Shown here piece by piece: positions 1-17,767 of a stretch of DNA of 64,000 bases; the stretch's first letter is position 1, and each line of letters starts with the position of its first letter. A model generated the notes under the pieces. That model did not search any database. It was given only the letters and a program-made list of their open reading frames with translations, and had not been told where the DNA came from. Position numbers and translations under genes: made by a program. Source of the stretch: the human T2T-CHM13v2.0 reference genome, Homo sapiens; NCBI RefSeq assembly GCF_009914755.1, contig NC_060925.1, one strand, 5' to 3'.

Positions 1-56
1 GACAATTTTTCTTCTTCCAGTGTGCCCCAGGGAAGCCAAAAGATTGGACACCCCTG
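1..56 (-). mobile_element. MER30 (hAT-Charlie) end, cut by the window start
   Basis: ...ggaagccaaaagattggacacccctg terminus; homologous to the full copy at 38845-39062. Confidence 0.75.
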
Positions 57-109
57 GTCCAGACTTTCCACATTTCTGGTGTGAACTATTGCAGGAACCC
101 CTATGTGGT

Positions 110-560
110 TTTCTTGAGTCTAGTGTCTTGAACTGCTAATCCACAGCAGAGATATTCCCAAAGAGAAAGATCTGATCATGTCACTGCCCAAATGAAACAC
201 CTTCATTATTTTCCCTTAAATGACAATACAGGACAAAGTGTAATCATCTCAACCTGACATTCACAGTCTAACTTCCCAATTTTTCTCCTGTTACTTTAAG
301 TTCTAGTCACATCAAACTTCCTACTGGTCTGTGGAGATTCTACGTCACACTTCTATGCTTTTTCACATACTGCCTAAAACGTTGTTTACCTTTTTCCACC
401 TGGATCTCCTGCTTGTTGCTCTACACCGGCTTCAACATTGCCTCTTTGGTAAAGGGCTACCTGACTTCCACAGCAGGGATTTACTTCTTCTGTGCTCCCA
501 AAGCAGGTTGCATTCACCTCTATAATGGCATTTCATGCTGTTTCAGCATTATTTGTAATG
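110..560 (+). mobile_element. L2 fragment (highly diverged)
   Basis: aaagatctgatcatgtcactgccc-like L2 3' region motifs. Confidence 0.45.
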
Positions 561-667
561 CATATATAAGTTTTCAACTTTATTTATAAGAAATTGTACA
601 TATTAGTTAAAAATCAATTGTGAAGCACCTACCTATGCTAAAGTTTTTGTCAAATCTTAAGTTATCA

Positions 668-1120
<453 letters not shown>

Positions 1121-1165
1121 TTAAAATGTAATAATGTTTATCTCTTTTTGAGAAAAAGGAAATGA

Positions 1166-1493
<328 letters not shown>

Positions 1494-2148
1494 TCAGGTA
1501 CTGAGTATAATTGAGTTTAAAACACATAATTTGAATAAATTTTTAAAGATGACTTTGTAGTAGTTGGCTTGACCTAGTCCTAAGAATACTTTGATTCTCA
1601 ATTTTACCTAAGTTTGTATCATAAATAATTCTTTGCTTCCCTGCTAGAATGCCAAAGTATACAAGCCAATGAGAAATATCCCCCTGCTTCTGGTGGAATA
1701 TGAACCTATAAGAAGCAGGCATTCTGATGACAGGTGTGGGAAAGAGGGAGGGAGACAGTATAAAAGGGTAGAGTCAACCATCAAAGAACTCGTAGGCTGT
1801 TGTAGATAGCACTGTTCATCCATGGAGCTGAGATGATGTCTTGAGACCCAACTCTACCCAAGCATATTCTTCATAGGTCCACTGACTGAGTGTCTTGGCG
1901 GGGATCCTGACCAGCTATCTTAGTCTAGCCCACAAGTTATCACAGCATCACAAAAAACACTGCAGTGCATATGAAAACATTTAACCACTGTCATCCATGA
2001 AACAGACCAATAACAGTTGACAGTGAGGCAGGAGTCTAAGAAATAGCAATAAATTGTTATGAATTGCCTGGAATTAATAAATTAAACATTTGGAACAATT
2101 GCAGTAAGTAGCTTAGAGTAATATTTAAAAAACAAACGACAAGTGTTA

Positions 2149-2163
2149 AGGTCAAGTAGGTCA
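2149..2163 (+). promoter_or_regulatory. Perfect DR3 nuclear receptor element
   Basis: AGGTCA-agt-AGGTCA in apparently non-repeat sequence. Confidence 0.4.
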
Positions 2164-3525
2164 AACAGAGGAATTCACATAACTAGAGAAACAATTAGAA
2201 AGGTAACAGGCCTGCCTTAATTAGGATGCTCATTTGCTTGACAAAGTAAATTTTGACCCTGATGAGGGGACTGATGCTGTGTTCACTACCATGCTGTGCT
2301 GTCCTTCTGTCTTCTACACCAAATTGCATGAGCTCATCTGGGGGCAGGGACTGTCTTTCATTTCTAGACTCCCTAGCTCTTAGCAAAATGGCTGTCCTGT
2401 ATACATCTGTCTAGATATAGATCAGGACAACAGACAATTAATTCTATTGGGTCCTAAATATAAAGACTATGAAAGAGACATCTGCAGTTCCTGATAGCTG
2501 CCATGATGGCAACTGCTGAGCCATTTGAAGGTAAACGCTGTGTTTCACTATGATTCTGAGGCTCCCCATGGGGACTGCTGCTGCTGCAGATTCCTTAGAA
2601 GTATTCTGATCATGCTGGCTTCTGCTCTGAAAGGGAGGAATCTTGAGAAACCAGAGAAAGGTCAGCCGACACCTCAGCCTCAGCACTGTGGAGGTCAATC
2701 AATAGCTGGAAGAGGGTATAGAAAGGAATAAAAGCAGAACCTCCAATCTACCAAGGCCTGCAGGAATTTTCTCCACTGATATCATTAGAACTTCCGTCTA
2801 AATTATCCCACTGATATAGAATGTACTTGTGGAATTTAAGAGAGGCATTGGACTGATTTTTAAAATTCCTACATGTACCAAATTCCAGACATAGTGCCAA
2901 TGGCAGAGAAAAGAATATTTTTTTAAAAAATTAACTTAAAACATGTGAAAGGTTTTGTTTTAAGGCCTGCAATAGTCTCTTGTTTACTATAAACTGTCTT
3001 TATAATTCAACTCCATGTGACTACAGGAATTTCTTGAGTCGGAGTCTACTATGTCATGCTAGAGGCTCTAACGCTATTTGTTAAGTGACACAAATGAACA
3101 CAGAAATAATCAGTCTACTGTTAGAACACACTGAATTTCATCTTTCAGGGTCTTCTAACAATTGTTCATCTGCCTCTTCTAGCTAGTCCCTCATGGCAAA
3201 CCACAATGACCCCTTCACTCAACACAAGACGATCTTCCTGTGACTGAAGTCTCTTGGTCATTACTGGCTCTAAGCCTTTGCTCGGTTATTTCTTTCACTG
3301 AGAACATCTTCCCCTCTTCTTTACTACCAATCGGTGTAGTATGGCCCAAAACTTCCCCTTTATTTCCCCCTAATCCCACCTCTTTTTGGCTTCATCATGT
3401 TGAAGGCATCTGTTGAGAGGACATTTGTACCCCTCATCCTTGGAAAAGCATCAAGGTAGTTCCTTAGAGAATGATGAGAACTGGTCTAAAGAACAGTGCA
3501 AATGGCATGTATAAAATATTTTGAG

Positions 3526-3888
<363 letters not shown>

Positions 3889-4904
3889 CTATTACCATGA
3901 ATACCTACACACCAGGCTGCTACATGACTATTACCATTATCAAGTTCTCACTACTTTTGATGGAATCAAGGAAATTTAGTGCACTTTAAACAACTGAACT
4001 GCATCTATGATAAGTGGAAAGTAAAGGAAATTTACTTAAAGTTTTACCATTTAAGGACACTGGATCCCAGTCCTATGAACCTGTGCCTTAGCACGTATTT
4101 TTTGCAGCTGCTGATACACTGAAGAGCCAAAGCTAAGCTTTGAAAGTTTGGATTCCTGTGTGTTGTGATAATCAGCTGGGGTTTGGAAATGCCTTCAAAA
4201 ATCTAATGCTCTGGCCCTTTAACAAGGCTTCTGAAAAAACAATTTAACATCTGGAATCAAGTATTTTGTGGAAGTCCAAGACCAACAGGGCAAAGAACAT
4301 TTCTTTCAGTAACAGTTAAAATGTGGCACTTCCTTCTCCTTCATCAAATAAATGGGTTTATTTAACAAAGATCCTGAGGTAGTTTATAATAAGTAAAATA
4401 TGGCATAGAAGCAAGGTATAGAAAACAGGATACTCCAGATATTTATCACTGAAAGTCTTTCCTAAATATGCTGCTTTATTCTTCCAGCATCATTTTCTTT
4501 TCCAAAATTCAAATCCGAAAAACAATCGAAGTCAAGCCTTCTTCATTTAACCTTTCTAAGAGACTGCAGAGTGAGGATGAGTAAAGAAATTATAGAGTTC
4601 ATCTTTCATCTTTTCCAACATACTTCAGAAGAAGACAAAAACAGTAAGTGAATGTATGAATTTCTTAAGTCTTTGGGTAGCTACAGTAACTCATATCAAA
4701 TGCAAAAACAGAAGTGGTTATATCTATTGAATGTTGACTAATTCTCTACAGATTTTAGATATTGTTTAAAACAACATATGAAAATGTGTTTCCTACTAAA
4801 ATAATAACAGATGACATTTATTGTATGCTTAACATGTATCAGGTCAGGCACTGTACATTTAACTTTCAAAATAATTGTTATCCTTTTCTTCTTGTGATGA
4901 GTAA

Positions 4905-6725
<1,821 letters not shown>

Positions 6726-7049
6726 ATATGTCAGCTACATTTTAAAATGAATCAAATTCTTCCTGAATCCTACCATAGGAATTATCTACTTATATAAATT
6801 ATATCATGAAAGCTTTAGAAAAGCAAATAATATTAAAGAAAGAAAAGCAAATAAAATAACCCCTTAATTTATTAATACTGATGCTCATACTTTTAGTTTT
6901 GAGTTTGCTTATGTTAGGACATATTTGCATATAATTTACTTCGAGGTATGAAAAAAGAATATAAATTTTTTGAATCTTTCACTCTAACAAAGTCTTATCA
7001 CAGTCTTTGTGTGACTGTGATTTTGGTTTCCTTCTATATATAGTATTTG

Positions 7050-7313
<264 letters not shown>

Positions 7314-7468
7314 TGACTAGTTTGATTATCTGCAGGGAAATGTTCATAAAGTTCATAATATTCCCAAAGATAGTTATTTTAAAAACAGTTGTCTCTAGTT
7401 TCTGGAAAAGAAAGAATTTAGAATAGTGTGGTCAGACCTGGAGTGGATCAGACAACTGAACTGGTGCC

Positions 7469-7775
7469 TTCTTTTCTTTTTTTCTTTTTTTGAAACAGGG
7501 TCTTGCTCTGTTGCCCAGGCTGGAGTGTAGCTGCATGATCATGGCTCACTGTAACCTTTGCCTCGTGGGCTCAAGCAATCCTCTCATCTCAGTCTTTTGA
7601 GTAGCTGTGACCACAGGTGCACATCACTACATCCAGCTAATTTTTGTTTTTTTTGTAGAGACGGGGTTTCGCCATGTTGCCCAGGCTGGTCTCGAACTCC
7701 CAGGCTCAAGCAATCTGTCTGCATTGGCCTCCCAAATAGGTGGGATTACAAGCATGAGCCACTACTGCACCTGGA
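7469..7775 (-). mobile_element. AluJ
   Basis: Antisense dimer with J-type ctcaagcaatcc. Confidence 0.88.
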
Positions 7776-10063
7776 TGAACTAGTGTTTTTTCTAACCAAG
7801 GTTCTCTCAGTGGCTTTTACCGGGTAGTGGTCCTACATATAACATCATGAAGACAACACTAGATTTTACTTTTTAGAAAACCATTTTTTGTGGATGAAAC
7901 CCACCAACTGTAAAATGATCAAATTATCAGGTGAAAAAATATGATTTTAGTGAAGGGACTCTGCTGGCACCTTGAGTTGAAATCTGAGACCCCAACAGCC
8001 AAGCTGGCTGGGCTGGAAGGCTCTGTGGAGCACAGCGTGCAGCCAGGAGTTGGCGCTGGTGAAGGACAGCCACCTCCTGGCAGGGCTGGATCAGTCTACT
8101 GTGCTGGGTGAGTGGGAACAGCGGGGAGGGAAGTCAGGCCTGGCTGTGTGCAAGAGCCCCATTCACAGAGAGGCAAGTGGGTTCGATATGCTTGTGTTCT
8201 AGGCCTCATCCCTTCCATCATGCCAGTCTCCATCCCCAATATCACCACCCCCACACCCTCTAAATGTTGACAGGTCCCTTCCTGAGGGCAGGTTCTTCAC
8301 CACTCTTACAGCTCAGTTGACTGAGAAGTCCAATCATATTTTCTGAGAATTTAAGCAAACAGGATCCCTTTGAAGAAAATCAAAGTTGGAATGTAAATCC
8401 TATCTCCTTATAGGGAAATCTAAAAGCCTTAAAAATATTTCTGTTTATCAATCTTAATACATATAACTCTCCTTGTAATCAGCAGCAGCTTCCTGCAAAA
8501 TTATTCAATACAAAAAGAATAAAATAATCTCTGTCCTCTCTAATGCCCAAATAGTATGTATTTGCCCTATAAAAGCCACTTCTCTCATGAATTGAAGAGT
8601 GAATTTAGAAAATCAACTGCAAGATAATTGAAAAATACCCTGATTTGAAAACTAAAAATAGGCAATTCATTGTCAAGCTGAGATCCTTTAAAAGATGGTC
8701 ACAAAGACTGTTTTAGAAATATAATTATTACATATATTTACATACCACATACCATTCTACTAACGATTACAAATCATAGTTGCTTTGCGGAAAGTCTGTA
8801 GGAAATGGTGGCAGAAGATAAGCTTTCAGACAGTTTGATTAGGATGGGCATAATGACCAAATCTACAGAGCTCTTTGAAAACATTAGGATAAGAGGCTGA
8901 AATAGCTGCTTCATCTTTTTGAACCTCATTTGCTATTAAGCTTGCTGCTGCTGCAGGCAGATAAGATCCAAGACCAAACACAAAAACATACATTTGATTC
9001 AGCAGGAGGCTTATCTCAGCAAGTGGACCAATCAAAAAATTGGTCCAAGAAAAGCATTTCCCTTTTTCGTCCCAACAATTCAGGGTCTCTCTACAATGTA
9101 ACAAGTGAAAACATGAAAGGTTAATTTGTTTTTTGTCCCACTAAAACGAGACCAATAAAACTCGGTAAAACAAGAAATTTATGAAATTCCTTAAAAAATA
9201 AATTTCTTTTTATTTGTTTATTACACAATTTGACACATCTGGGGTTTATAATTTATAGGAACAGAAGGTAAAAGACCATGAATTTGGTCTGAAATGGGCG
9301 AACTATGATCTAAACTCTGGTGCAACATAATTTATGGACCAAATACCAGGAGAAGGCATCACATTTCATTGGTATTTAAAATTTCATTTACACTTTTCAG
9401 TTAAATGCTCGTTTGCAGAGGAAGTCAACAAAAGTTTTTATCTTTCAGCCTTTCTCTCTAGCAAGCTGGAAAATGTAGCATCTCTTCAGATGTTGGAAAT
9501 GTCCTTTTCAGTGTTCAGGAATGCTGTCACTTCTCCTTTTAACACAGTACCCATATCCCTGCTTTCCCATCCATTTGAATTGGTTCCTGGTGCAACAGGA
9601 ACACTATCTTGCCATGCTATGGGTCCTATCCCATAATCAATGTTAGTGGTGGATAAAGGAGTGGAGTACAGATTATAGGTCAGGACAGGAGAAGCCAGTC
9701 ATATCTCTCCAACTTGGCTCCCTCTATGCCCTCTGCTCATATCGTAGTTGGGTTGATGTCTGCATTACAAGAGGGAAAGAGCCTTCCATGCCTTTGCCTA
9801 TAAAAGACTGGTTCTGCCCAACTTTTCCTAGCTGGACAAATCAGTTAAGTAGGATCTGTAATCAACGTATGCTAAGTTTTACAGGAAAAACAAGTTGATG
9901 CATGACAGATGTGATTGCTTTTCCTAGGAAAAAGCCATTAAAATTGTAAAAGTGTTAAAGCCTTGAACAACTCCAGGAGATACCATTATATGAATGGTGT
10001 CTCCTGGAATTGTGCGATGAAGTGCTCCTTCAAACAGTAGCAATAAGAAAGTTTGGGTAATGT

Positions 10064-10377
<314 letters not shown>

Positions 10378-10389
10378 GTAACATATTTT

Positions 10390-10830
10390 AAAAATAAACT
10401 TTCTCTTTGGGACAGTTTTAGATTTAAAGAAAAATTGTGAAACTAGTACAAAAAGTTCCTATATGGACCTGCAAATGCATTCCCCTATTATTGCCTTCTT
10501 ACGTTAGTATGATGCATTTGTTACCATATATTGGTTCACCTAATGTCCTTTTCCTATATTGGGATCCCATCTAGGATCCAACATTGCATTTGAATCCTCA
10601 TGCCTCCCTAGGCTTCTCTTGGCTATAACAATTTTTCAGACTTATTTTTTAAGACCTTGAGAGTTTTCAGGAGAGCTGATTTTATTTTATTTTATTTTTG
10701 TAGAATGTCCCTCAAGTTGCATTTCCTTGATTTTTTAAAAATAACAATTAGTCTGGGCTTATCATTTTTTGGAGAGAATCACAGGGGTAAAGTGCCATTT
10801 TCATCACATTTTATCAAGGTTGCAAACTAT
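10390..10830 (-). mobile_element. L1MC-type 3' end remnant
   Basis: Antisense L1MC 3' UTR-like sequence (gggatcccatctaggatccaacattgcattt...). Confidence 0.55.
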
Positions 10831-10831
10831 C

Positions 10832-11641
10832 AACCCTCTGGAGCTGTGGTCTGAGCTGGGGTTCGACCTGGGCTCCTCTGAGCTATGGCTAGATGGGGTT
10901 CGACTGGGATGCAGGGAGCAGTGTCCCGAGGCTGTGCAGGGCAGCACACTCCCTGGGTCTGTCCCAGGAAACCTAGGAGGGAAGCCTCCTAGGCCTCAGG
11001 GCCTGTGATGGGAGGGGCTGCCATGAAGGTCTCTGAAATGCCTTTGAGGACTTTTCCCCACTGTCTTGGCTACCAGCACTTGCCTTATTTTTAGTTATGC
11101 AAATTTCTCTAGCAAGTGGTTGCTCAGCAGCCACATGGCCAGGTTGCAAATTTTCCAAACTCTTACTCTCTGCTTCCCTTTTAAATATAAGTTCCAGCTT
11201 TAAGTCATTTATTTGCTCCTGCATATGAGCATAGGCTGTTAGAAGCAACCAGGGCACATCTGGAGCACTTTGCTGCTTAGAAATTTCTTCTGCCAGATAG
11301 ATACCCTAGGTCATCACTCTAAAGTTCAAACTTCCATAGATCCCTAGGGCATGGACACAATGCAGCCAAGGTCTTTGCTAAGGTATAACAAAAGTGACCT
11401 TTACTCCAGTTCCCAATAAGCTCATTTCCATCTGAGACCTTGGTAGCCTGGACTTCACTGTGCATACCACTGTCAGCATTTTGGTCACAGTCATTTAACC
11501 AGTCTCTAAGAAGTTCCAAACTTTCCCTTATCTTCCTGTCTTCTTCTCAGCCTTCCACACTCTTCCAACCTCTGCCTGTTACCTAATTCCACATTTTCAA
11601 GTGTCTTTATAGCAATGTCCCACTCCTCAGTACTGATTTTC
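10832..11641 (-). mobile_element. MaLR (MST-int) internal fragment
   Basis: Encodes the degenerate MaLR internal ORF (ELLRDWLNDCDQNADS...GNWSKGHFCY...DLWKFEL) and abuts the LTR. Confidence 0.85.
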
Positions 11642-12057
11642 TGTGTTAGACCATTCCCACATTGCTATAAAGAAATATCTGAAACTGGGTAATTTATAAA
11701 GAAAAGAGGTTTAATTGGCTCAGGGTTCTGCAGGCTGTACAGAAAGCTCAGTAGCATCTGCTTCTAGGGAGGCCTTGGGAAGCTTCCAATCATGGCGGAA
11801 GGTGAAGCGGGAACTGGTGCTTCACAAGAGAGAAGGAGCAAAAGAGAGGGAGGGGGAGGTGCTACACATTTTTAAACAACCATATCTTGTGAGAACTCAC
11901 TCACTATTGTGAGGACAGCACCAAGGAGATGGTGCTAAACCATTCATGGGAAAATTGACCCCATGATCCAATCACCTCCCATCAGGCCCCACCTCCAACA
12001 CTGGGGATTATAATTCAACATGAGACTTGAATGGGGACACAGATCCAAACCATATCA
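11642..12057 (-). mobile_element. MST (MSTA/MSTB) 5' LTR
   Basis: tgtgttagac...ccaaaccatatca is the reverse complement of MaLR LTR termini. Confidence 0.88.
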
Positions 12058-15000
12058 CAAAAGAAATAACTTTATCAATGAGAATACTGTACATTCTTTT
12101 TGTGTTGTATCTTTTGTTTTTAATCTTACAAATTCCACTCATTTCCAAAGTTACTGAGGTCAGCAGCTTTCTCCTCCACCCGCTTCAGTGAGGTTGCTTC
12201 ACACATTGTAACACAGTTAGATTGGTTTTATCACATTCTACTTTCCATTCTGGGACTCCCAACCTCCTGAATGATTTTTTTTTTAAGTTTGCATACATTG
12301 AGGTTTATTCTTTGTGCTGTGAAGTTAATGGGTTTTGACAAATTACATATCTGTAATTATAGTATCATACAGAATAGTTTTGCTGCCCACAAAATCCCCT
12401 GTGCTTTACCTGTTTAACCCTCCTTCTCTCTCCCTGAGCCCCTGATCTTTTCACTATTGCTAAAGTTTTGTCTTTTCTAGATGTCATATAATTGGAATCA
12501 TACAGTATGTAGCCTTTTTGGATTGGCTGCTTTCATTTAGCAATATGCATTTAAGATTCATCTGTGTCTTTTAAAGATTACTTATTTCTTATGATGAAAA
12601 ATATTCCTTTATATTCATGTACCATAGTTTGTTTATCCATTCACATATAGAAGGACATCTTGGTTACTTCCAGTTTTTGGTGATTATGAATAAAGCTGCT
12701 ATAAACATTCACATGCAGGTTTTTGTGTGGACATGCTTTTTCAATGCATTTGGGTAAATACTTAGGAGCATGATTGCTGGATTGTATGGTAAGATCATGT
12801 TTAGCTTTGAAAGAAACTACCAAAATGGCTGTTCTTACTAGCAATAAAAAGAGTACCTATTGTTCTGTATCCTTGCCAAGTGATTGATATTGTCAGTTTT
12901 TTTAAATTTTAGCCATTTGAATAGGTGGGTAGTGATATCTCATTTTAATTTGCAACTCCTTAACAACAAATTATGTTAAGCATCTTTTCAAATTTTTTTC
13001 CATCTGCATATCTTCTTTGGTGAAGAGTCTGTTCAGGCCTTTTTCCTACTTTTTAATTAGCCTGTTTTCTTATTGCTGTGTTTTAAGAGTTCTTCGTATA
13101 TTTTGGATACAACTCCTCTATCAGATATGTGTTTTGCAAGTATTTTCTCCCATCCTGTGGCTTGTCTTTTATTAATTTAACAGTTTCTTTCATAGAGCAG
13201 AAGTTTTTAATTTTAATAAAGTGTAGATTATAAAATTTTTCTGTCATAAATCATACTTTTGGTGTTGTATATAAAAATTTATTGCCAAACCCAAGGCCAC
13301 CTATATTTTATCCTGTTTTCTTCAAGAAATTTTAGTTTTGCATTTTACGTTTTGGTGTATGATCCATTTTGCATTAATACTTATGAAAGGTATAAGGTCT
13401 GTGCCTAGATTCACTTTTTTCTTATGGACATCCTATTGTTCCAGCAACAATTGTTGAAAAGATCCTTTTGCCACTGAGTGGTGCTATGGACTGAATTGAG
13501 TCCCCCTAAAATGTTGATGCCCTAACCCCAGTGTGGTGATATTTAGAAATGGGATCTTTGGGAGATAATTAAGGTTAGATGAGGTAACGAGGGTGGGGCC
13601 CTCATGATGAGATTAGTGAAGAGACTCCAAACGGCTTGCTTGTTCTCCCTGTCTATGTGCACAAAGCAAGGAAAGGCCATATGAGCGCGCAGCAAGAAGG
13701 CAGCTGTCTGAAAGCTAGGAAGAGAGAATCCAACCATGCTGCCACCCTAATCTCAAGATGTCCAGCCTCCAGACCTATGAGAAAATAAAAATTTCTGTTG
13801 TTTAAGCCACCCAATCTATGGCATTTTGTTATGGCAGGCTGAGCAGATTAGGAGAAATGGCTTTTAATCCTTGTCAAAGATAAATTGCCTATACTTGTGT
13901 GGGTCTATTTCTGGGCTCTCTATTCTGTTTCATTGATCTATGTGCCTATTTTATCACCAATATACACTGTACTGATTACCGTGACTTTATAGGAAATCTG
14001 GAGATCAGGTAGTGTGAGTCTTCCACTCATTCTTCTTCAGTATTATGTTAGCTATTCTAGGTTTCTCACCTTTCCATATATGCTTTAGAATCAGTTTGCC
14101 ATTATCTACAGGACAGCTTTTGCTAGAATTTTAATTGGGAATAAATCAAATCTATAGGTGAAGAAGAGAATAATTAACATCTTAACAATTTGAGTCTTCC
14201 AATTCATGAACAAGGAACTGGATTTCTTTCATCCAAGTTTTATGGTTTTCCACATAGATCTTGTACTTATTTTGTCAGATTTATATGTAGGCATTTTTCC
14301 TCCTTCCCTTCCTTTTCCCCCCTTGCTTCCTCCCTCCCTCCCTTCTTGCTTTTTTGGTGCTACTGTAAATGTATTGTTTTTAAATTTTAAATTCCAATTG
14401 TTCATTGCTGGTATGTAAGAAAGCAATCAACTTTTGTATATTAACATTGTGCCCTGAAATCTTGCTATACTTCCTTATTAGTTCTAGAAGTTGTGTTTTC
14501 TTTTTTGTCAGTTCTTTGGGATTTTCTTATGGAGACAATCATGCAAAAAATAGCTTAATTTCTTTCTTCTCAGCCTGTGCTCCTTTTATTTACTTTTCTT
14601 TTCTTATTACACTAGCTAGGACTTTCTGTAGTTTTGAACAGCAGTGGTCAGAGAGGAAATCCTTGCTTTGTTCCCAATATTAGAGGGCAAGCATTGAGTT
14701 TGTCACCCTTAAGTATGTGTTGCAATTTTTATCATGAACGGGTGTTAGATTCTGTCAAATGTTTTTTTCTCTACACATTAATATCATCACATATCTTTTC
14801 TTCTTTAGCCTGTTGATGTGGTGGATTACACTGGTTTTCAAATGCCGAATCAGCCTTGCATACCTGGCATAAATGTCACTTGTTCATTGTGTATAATTTT
14901 TTTATATATTATTAGATTCAATTTCCTAATATTTCATTGAAGATTTTGTATCTATGTCCATGAGAACTATTGGCCTATAGGCCTTTCTTGTAATATCTTT

Positions 15001-15180
15001 ATCTGGCTTTGGTGTTAAGATAATACTGGCCACACAGAATGAGTTAGGAAGTGCTCTCTCTGCTTCTGTTTTCTGGAAGAGATTAAGGAGAATTGGTGTT
15101 ATTTCTTAAGTCTTTGGTATAATTTAGCAATAAGGTAAACTTGAGCCTGGTATTCTTCTCTTTTTAAGTTATTAATTGCA
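12058..15180 (-). mobile_element. Old L1 (L1MC/L1M) 3' UTR and ORF2 remnant, interrupted by MLT1A
   Basis: Continuous antisense L1 motifs (ataaagctgctataaacatt, cagccttgcatacctgg, cagaatgagttaggaagtg). Confidence 0.8.
13482..13856 (+). mobile_element. MLT1A-type MaLR solo LTR
   Basis: tgctatggactgaatt start; gaaaataaaaatttctgttgtttaagccaccc near the end. Confidence 0.82.
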
Positions 15181-16594
15181 CTGAGATCAAGGCAGTATAG
15201 GGAATGTGAGACTAACATACAGAATGAATTATGCAACCTGATTATCTTCAAATACCTATATTTTTCAGCACAAATATGAACTAAGGTGATATCTGTCCAC
15301 ACACTATATAAGTAAAGAAAAGAAGATCTTTGTAGATACAGAGATAGTCTGGTGAGCATGCTTTTTAAAAAACTATTTTTCCCCCTTAACTAGTATCTCC
15401 ATTTTCTCAAATGTAAAAATAGATACCATTATCTCCTTCCTTTTTAGTTCACAGGGCTATATAATTAGAAAAACACCAGTCAATTTTCCTGAGTTCCCTA
15501 AGGATTTATCATAGGCATATATACCACCTTAATGAAATTTCTAAGTGCTGTGTTATTAAATTTAATTTTTTTTAATTTTCCAAATTCTCTCCAATGAGTA
15601 TATATTTATTAGTTCTATAATCATAAAAAAGTTATACAATAAAGAGAAAATGACCTTTGGCTTTCCTTTCTAATGTATCAGTGTAAAAAAAGGAAGCAAA
15701 TATAAACACATAGGAAGAGATAAGAATTAGTTATATAAACAATAATGAGAATGATCACAGTCATCCAGTCTATTGTCGTTGGCTGTCTGTAGAAAAGAGT
15801 ATCCCTTTTTTTTATTGAAACATTTACTTATGCTCTGTTAAGAAGCCTTCAATATTTCAATTATTGAGATCATACAGTATCTTTTAAAATTAAGCATTTA
15901 TTTGCAGTTCATTTTCATGTGAGCTGTCATGTCACATTAACTACCAGATGAAGTTAGGCATTACATTTCACACTGCAGTTCTTTCATGTTGAAACCAAAA
16001 TCTCACTTCAGGACTGTAGTTTTAGACTTGCACTTTTCAAAGACAATCCATCACTTCTTTTTTTATTTTTCTTTCTAGATTTTCACTTGTTCATCTCTGC
16101 AAGCTAGTAATTTTACTCAGTTTTCTTCAAATATTTTTTTTTATTGATCCGAATTTGTATTCCTTTCCCCACAACTCCCACTCCCTGCTTCTAGAGCTAG
16201 CCATGCCATCTCTCAGACATTTATATTTCTTCGATGGATAAATCAGAGCTAGACTTTCCTCATCTATAAGGAATACTTTTGCCAATACAAACATAAAATA
16301 TCAAACACACTTAGAGAATGCATTCTTAAGCAGAAACACCAGAATACTTAACAACTGTTTTCCAAGTCTGATCACCATCAATACGTAACGATTATATCTC
16401 CAGTCTGAAGTTTTACATCAAGTAAATGTTTCTTTGCAAGAACTTAAATCCGAGGATAAGAGAAGTTATTACGTTTTTCCAAGGTAGTTTAAAATTTCCC
16501 TCCAAAACACACATATTTAGTTTTGGCTGGTAGGTTATTTTGTTTCATTTTTAAAACAAGGATAGCTTGTGGTCTTAAAAGAATTCTTGAATAA

Positions 16595-17190
16595 GCTGTC
16601 TGAGTTCAAATCTTGTACCCACCTTGTATTAGCTGAGTGACTTTGGTTAAGGACAGTTACTTAATTATCCTGGGCCTCAGTTTCTCTCTTTGAAAAACAG
16701 ATTCATTCACTAAAATAATATTTATGAAGTATTCATTTTGTGATAAGCACTAGTCTAGCTACCGGGGATATACATTTACAAAACAGATTTTAAAATATCC
16801 TGTCCTGGTGGACCTCACATTACGTTCATTACTAACAGGGATAATTTCAGTGCCTCTCTCATAGGATTGTTGCAAGAATTAAATTGATGAATACATACGT
16901 AACACTTATAACAGTGTCACAAAATGAGAGCTCAGTAAAAGCCATCATCACCATAATCAAATATTTAATTTTCATAAAAAGTTTTCCTTTATGTTTTCCC
17001 ATTCCTTGTTTCCTTGGAACTTAGAAATAATAGATTTAAGTTATAAAATAATAGTGTTAATGTAGTATCACTAGGCCTCAATTTCCTTACCTATAAAATG
17101 GTGATATCCCCCTCTACAGTGTTGGTATAAAAATAAAATGAAACAATTTAAATGAAAGTGCTTTGTAAACTATCAAGAGCTCCACAGACT
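16595..17190. mobile_element. MIR/L2 fragment cluster
   Basis: MIR core gggcctcagtttc and ggcctcaatttcc; L2-type attcattcactaaa...ttatgaag. Confidence 0.55.
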
Positions 17191-17420
17191 AAATATGTCA
17201 TTATGTAGCAAGTGCCTTGGCTTAAGTCCTTGCACTCAGAAGTCCTTCAATACACGTTAATTGAATTAATTTATGGCCTAAGCAATTGCATAGCTACTAT
17301 TTGAGCAGTTCTGAAATACTTGAGACCCAAGACACTAACCTATTATAAGTAGGTAACAAGCTACTCAAAACAACTTCTGCTAATTTAATATTGCCTATCA
17401 ATAAATTACCTGACATCTCA

Positions 17421-17767
<347 letters not shown>

